In this document: in pieces, positions 59,861-63,665 of the stretch | Layout of the letters: each line of letters starts with the position of its first letter | Numbering within the stretch: the first letter of the stretch is position 1 | Source of the DNA: a bacterium | GTDB lineage: Bacteria; UBA8248 | Assembly: GCA_965213685.1 (NCBI GenBank) | Contig: CBDBZY010000042.1 | Location: 1-63,665 of the forward strand | Length of the DNA: 63,665 bases | Reading direction: 5' to 3' | Translations under genes and position numbers: made by a program | Notes under the pieces: generated by a model | The model's input: the letters and a program-made list of their open reading frames with translations, nothing else | Databases searched by the model: none | Told to the model about the DNA's origin: nothing

Positions 59861-59971
59861 GGGACTCTCTCCCCATCGCGTGGAAGTTGCTCTCACCCGC
59901 ATACCGTATTAGATACATCATACTACAAGGAACACGCGGTGGCTGCACCCCCCGGCGGGAAGGGAAGGCGC

Positions 59972-60424
59972 ATGAAAATCTGGGTGGACGCGGACGCATG
60001 CCCGCAGGAGGTCAAGGAGATTCTATACAGGACTGCTGAGCGGCTCGACATTTCCACCGTGCTGGTGGCGAACATGAAACTGCGGACGCCGGATGTTCCC
60101 TCCCTCTCCATGGTGCGGGTTCCCGGCGGTCCGGACGTGGCCGACGGATACATCATCGAGCACCTGGAGGCGGGCGATTTCGTCATCACCGCCGACATTC
60201 CCCTCGCGGCGAAGGCGGTGGAAAAAGGCGCACTGGCCATCGACCCCCGAGGGGACGTCTATACGGAGGAGAACGTGGGCGAGCGGCGCTCGCTGCGGGA
60301 TTTCATGATGCAGATGCGCTCGGACGGCCTCGCACGGGGCGGCCCGCCTCCGATGGGCGGGACGGACCGCCACAAGTTCGCGGCGGCACTCGACCGGGAA
60401 TTGACGAGGGCGAGGAGCCGCTAG
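59972..60424 (+). CDS. YaiI/YqxD (UPF0178) family protein
   Basis: MKIWVDADACP, DVAD..I, VITADIPLA, PRG, GGPP. Confidence 0.9.
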   Translation: MKIWVDADACPQEVKEILYRTAERLDISTVLVANMKLRTPDVPSLSMVRVPGGPDVADGYIIEHLEAGDFVITADIPLAAKAVEKGALAIDPRGDVYTEENVGERRSLRDFMMQMRSDGLARGGPPPMGGTDRHKFAAALDRELTRARSR

Positions 60425-61407
60425 GCGTTCACGTCAACGACCACGCGGCCTCGTATCCGCCCCTTCAATATGTCCGCGCCCAAGCCGGGCAAGTCGTCGA
60501 GCGTGGCCTCCGTGATCATGGATTCGAGCTTGTCCATGGGCATCTCGTCCGCGAGCCGCGCCCACGCCTTCTCACGGCGCGCACGGGGGCACATGACGGA
60601 ATCGATGCCCAGGAGGTTCACCCCCCGGAGGAGAAACGGGAGCACCGTCGTCTGTAGCGCGCTCCCGCCGGCCAGGCCCACCGCCGCCACGGAGGCTCCA
60701 TACTGCATCTGCGTCAGCAGGCGGGCGAGCGTCGTGCCGCCCACCGAGTCGACGCACCCCGCCCAGCGCTCGCTCTCGAGCGGACGCCTCGTCGCCTCGG
60801 AGAGTTCCCCGCGATGGATGATCCGCGAGGCGCCCAGCGATTCCAGGTACGCATGGGTCCCCTCGCGCCCCGTCGAGGCGGTGACGGAATACCCCCTGCC
60901 CCCGAGAAGGGCCACCGCGACGGAGCCCACCCCGCCGGCTGCGCCCGTCACCAGGACTTCCCCGTCGTCCGCGCCCAGTCCGTGCTCCTCCAGCACCTGA
61001 ACGGAGAGCATGGCGGTGAACCCGGCCGTTCCGAGGGCCATCGCCTGCCGCGTCGACAGGCCATCCGGCAGGGGAACCAGCCAATCCGCACGAACGCGCG
61101 CTTTTTGGGAAAATCCCCCCCAGTGCGCCTCGCCGACCCGCCAGCCGGTGAGAATCACCTTGTCGCCGACGCGATAATCCGGGTGCCCGCTCGACTCCAC
61201 GACGCCCGCGAAATCAATGCCCGCCACATGGGGATAACGGCGCACGAGGCGCCCGAGGCCGCCCAGTATCATTCCATCCTTGTAGTTGAGCGTGGAATAC
61301 TCGACGGTGACCGTCACGTCGCCATCCGGCAGACTCCCCTCATCGAGCACCTGAACCGACGGGCGAACTGCGCCGTCCGCCTCCTCTAGAACCAAAGCCT
61401 GAAACAT
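60421..61407 (-). CDS. acuI: Acryloyl-CoA reductase, MDR family (YhdH/AcuI)
   Basis: YSTLNYKDG, GIDFAG, GTAGFTAML, TGAAGGVGS, PFLLRGVNLLGIDSV. Confidence 0.88.
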   Translation of the reverse strand: MFQALVLEEADGAVRPSVQVLDEGSLPDGDVTVTVEYSTLNYKDGMILGGLGRLVRRYPHVAGIDFAGVVESSGHPDYRVGDKVILTGWRVGEAHWGGFSQKARVRADWLVPLPDGLSTRQAMALGTAGFTAMLSVQVLEEHGLGADDGEVLVTGAAGGVGSVAVALLGGRGYSVTASTGREGTHAYLESLGASRIIHRGELSEATRRPLESERWAGCVDSVGGTTLARLLTQMQYGASVAAVGLAGGSALQTTVLPFLLRGVNLLGIDSVMCPRARREKAWARLADEMPMDKLESMITEATLDDLPGLGADILKGRIRGRVVVDVNA

Positions 61408-61425
61408 CGCCCGCTCCTCATATCC

Positions 61426-61912
61426 TCAGCTTTGTTTGACCGCCTCTCTCAGCAAACCGAGCACCGCCCGGGCGAACGCCCACATGTTCGCCTCCCGGTC
61501 CGCACTGCCCGTCTCCAGCGTTATCCGCCTGTTCATCGGGCCGGAGACGGCCATGCACGAATGTCCCGGCGCATCCCCATATCTGTTTCCGGAGGGACCG
61601 GCGGCCCCCGGTCTCCGACACCCCCCAGGTCGCCCCCAGCCTGTGCCGCACCGCTTCGGCCAGCCTCGCCGCATACTCCTCCGTGCAGGGCCGCATTCCC
61701 TCGAAGGCGTCTTCGGGCAGACCGAGCAAAATGCTTCTCGAATCATAGGTGTAGAGCACTCCGCCCCCCGCATAGTAGGCGGAGGCTCCCGGAACGGCGA
61801 GCAGGGCGGACGACACCAGGCCGCCGGCGGACGTTTCCGCGACGGCGACCGTCTGCTTTCTCCCTTTCAGCAACCCTCCGGCTTCGGCGGCCATTCGCGC
61901 GAGCAAATCCAT
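61426..61912 (-). CDS. CinA C-terminal / PncC family protein; one extra G near 61608
   Basis: AVAETSAGGL, VPGASAYY, SETGAAGPSGNRYGD after correction. Confidence 0.82.
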
Positions 61913-62127
61913 ATGCTCTCTCCATAATCAAGCGGACAGGAAAACCCTCATCCAGGACGTGATCCACGTGCGCATCCGCCCCGATATGCGGACTCTCCAT
62001 AATGAAGCGGACGTGAAACCCTCATCCTGCGCAGAACCTTGGCACATTCCGTCCCGAAAATCACCCCGTCGCCGGCCTCTCGGCACAGCCGCATCCGGAC
62101 AGGGGGGGACAACGCATCCCCTTGTCG

Positions 62128-62136
62128 TGCTATACT
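62128..62136 (+). promoter_or_regulatory. Extended -10 promoter candidate
   Basis: TGcTATACT about 70 nt before the Mo-enzyme start. Confidence 0.35.
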
Positions 62137-62202
62137 CCGGGCTTGGACCCCACGCCGCACGATAGCCTGGACGCGCATTTGCGGAGCGGAGGAAACCTTT
62201 CA

Positions 62203-63665
62203 GTGACGACCCCCGGGGCGGAAGACGGAGTGGAGAAACGCCACCACAGCTCCCACTGGGGGGGCCTTTCGGGCGCACGTGCGGGACGGGCGCATGGTGG
62301 GCTTCGAGCCGTTTGCCAAGGACCCGGCGCCCTCCCCCATCCTGGAGTCGATTCAATCCGCCGTATATGACGAGAGCCGCATCCGCCGGCCGATGGTGCG
62401 CGCCGGCTGGCTCGAGCACGGGCCGGGAAAGCGGACGGACGGACGCGGGGCCGATCCTTTCGTCCCCGTCTCCTGGGAGCGCGCCCTCGATCTGGTCGCC
62501 GAGGAGATCAGGCGGGTGAAGGCCCTCCACGGAAACGCCTCCATTTTCGCGGGCTCCTACGGCTGGGCGAGTGCGGGCCGCTTCCACCACGCCAACACCC
62601 TGGTGAAGAGATTTTTCAACGGCTATGGCGGCTTTACGGATCAGGTGACCACCTACAGCATCGCCGCCGGATACGTCATCCTGCCGCATATCCTGGGAAA
62701 CGCGGAGGCCTGCTCGGGCCCCCATCACGACGTGGGACAGCATCGCCCGGGACACCCGGCTGTTCGTCATGTTCGGGCGGGATTCCCGTCAAGAACGCGC
62801 AAGTGTCTTCGGGGGGCGCCGGAGAGCACACCCTGGCGCTCTGGCTCGAAAAGGCGAAGTCGAGCGGCGTGGAATTCGTCAACGTCAGCCCGTTGCGCGA
62901 CGACGCGCCCGATTTTCTGGACGCCCAGTGGATCGCCGTGCGCCCCAACACGGACGTGGCCCTGATGCTCGGCCTCGCCCATGCGCTCTGGGACGAGGAT
63001 TTGCACGACAGGGATTTCCCTCGCGCGCTATTGCGTGGGGTTTGACAGGTTTCGGGCGTATCTGACGGGAGAGAGCGACGGGCAGCCCAAGAGCGCCGAC
63101 TGGGCGGCGCGCATCACGGGAATCGAGGCGTCCGCGGTGCGGGGCCTCGCCCGGCGCATGGCGTCCACGAGAACCATGCTCAACACGAACTGGTCTCTTC
63201 AGCGCGGGGATCATGGGGAGCAGACGTTCTGGATGACGGTCGCCCTCGCCGCCATGCTCGGGCAAATCGGCCTGCCCGGCGGCGGGTTCGGCTTCGGCTA
63301 CGGGAGCATGGGCGGACGCGGGACTCCGCGCGAGCACATCGCGTCGCCCAACATGAGGAGGGGGGAGAATCCGACCCGCAGCTTCATCCCCGTCGCCCGC
63401 ATAGCGGACATGATGCTCCGCCCCGGGGAGGCGTATGACTTCAACGGCGAGCGGCGCGCCTACCCGGACATCCGGATGGTGTACTGGTGCGGCGGCAATC
63501 CCTTTCATCATCACCAGGATTTGAACCGCCTCGTCCGGGCATGGCAGAAACCGGAAACCATCATCGTTCACGAACCCTGGTGGACGCCCACGGCGCGCCA
63601 TGCGGACATCGTGCTGCCCGCAACCACCACGCTCGAGCGCAACGACATCGGGTCGAGCTCCAGGG
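62203..63665 (+). CDS. Mo-bisPGD S/N-oxide reductase (BisC/DMSO reductase type), frameshifted, cut by the window end
   Basis: SSHWG, RIRRPMVRAGW, GSYGWASAGRFHHA, TYS, RPNTDVALML, QRGDHGEQ, GGNPFHHHQD, ADIVLPATT; no Tat signal. Confidence 0.88.

Overview
GC-rich bacterial window, about 60 genes, almost all metabolic or transport; no integrase, transposase, CRISPR array or rRNA seen. It holds a tungsten/AOR-family oxidoreductase, queE, Liv-, Dpp- and Ssu/Tau-type ABC transporters, tRNA-Leu(UAA), a form II coxSLM Mo-hydroxylase, acyl-CoA enzymes (PrpE, AcuI, ACAD, CoA-transferase, ADP-forming ligase), several hydrolases with altered active sites and a BisC-like Mo enzyme cut by the window end. 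Two things stand out. (1) A three-gene respiratory operon in which a Rieske protein and an unsplit b6-type cytochrome b are followed by a membrane-anchored octaheme HAO-family cytochrome instead of cytochrome c1. (2) An AhpD-like gene that the ORF track splits at an in-frame TGA forming C-Y-G-U, followed by a SECIS-like hairpin (probable selenoprotein), inside an LLM/PPOX flavin or F420 redox cluster. About nine genes carry short indels, mostly in homopolymers, most simply explained as sequencing or assembly errors. Family calls come from motif recognition only; no searches were run.
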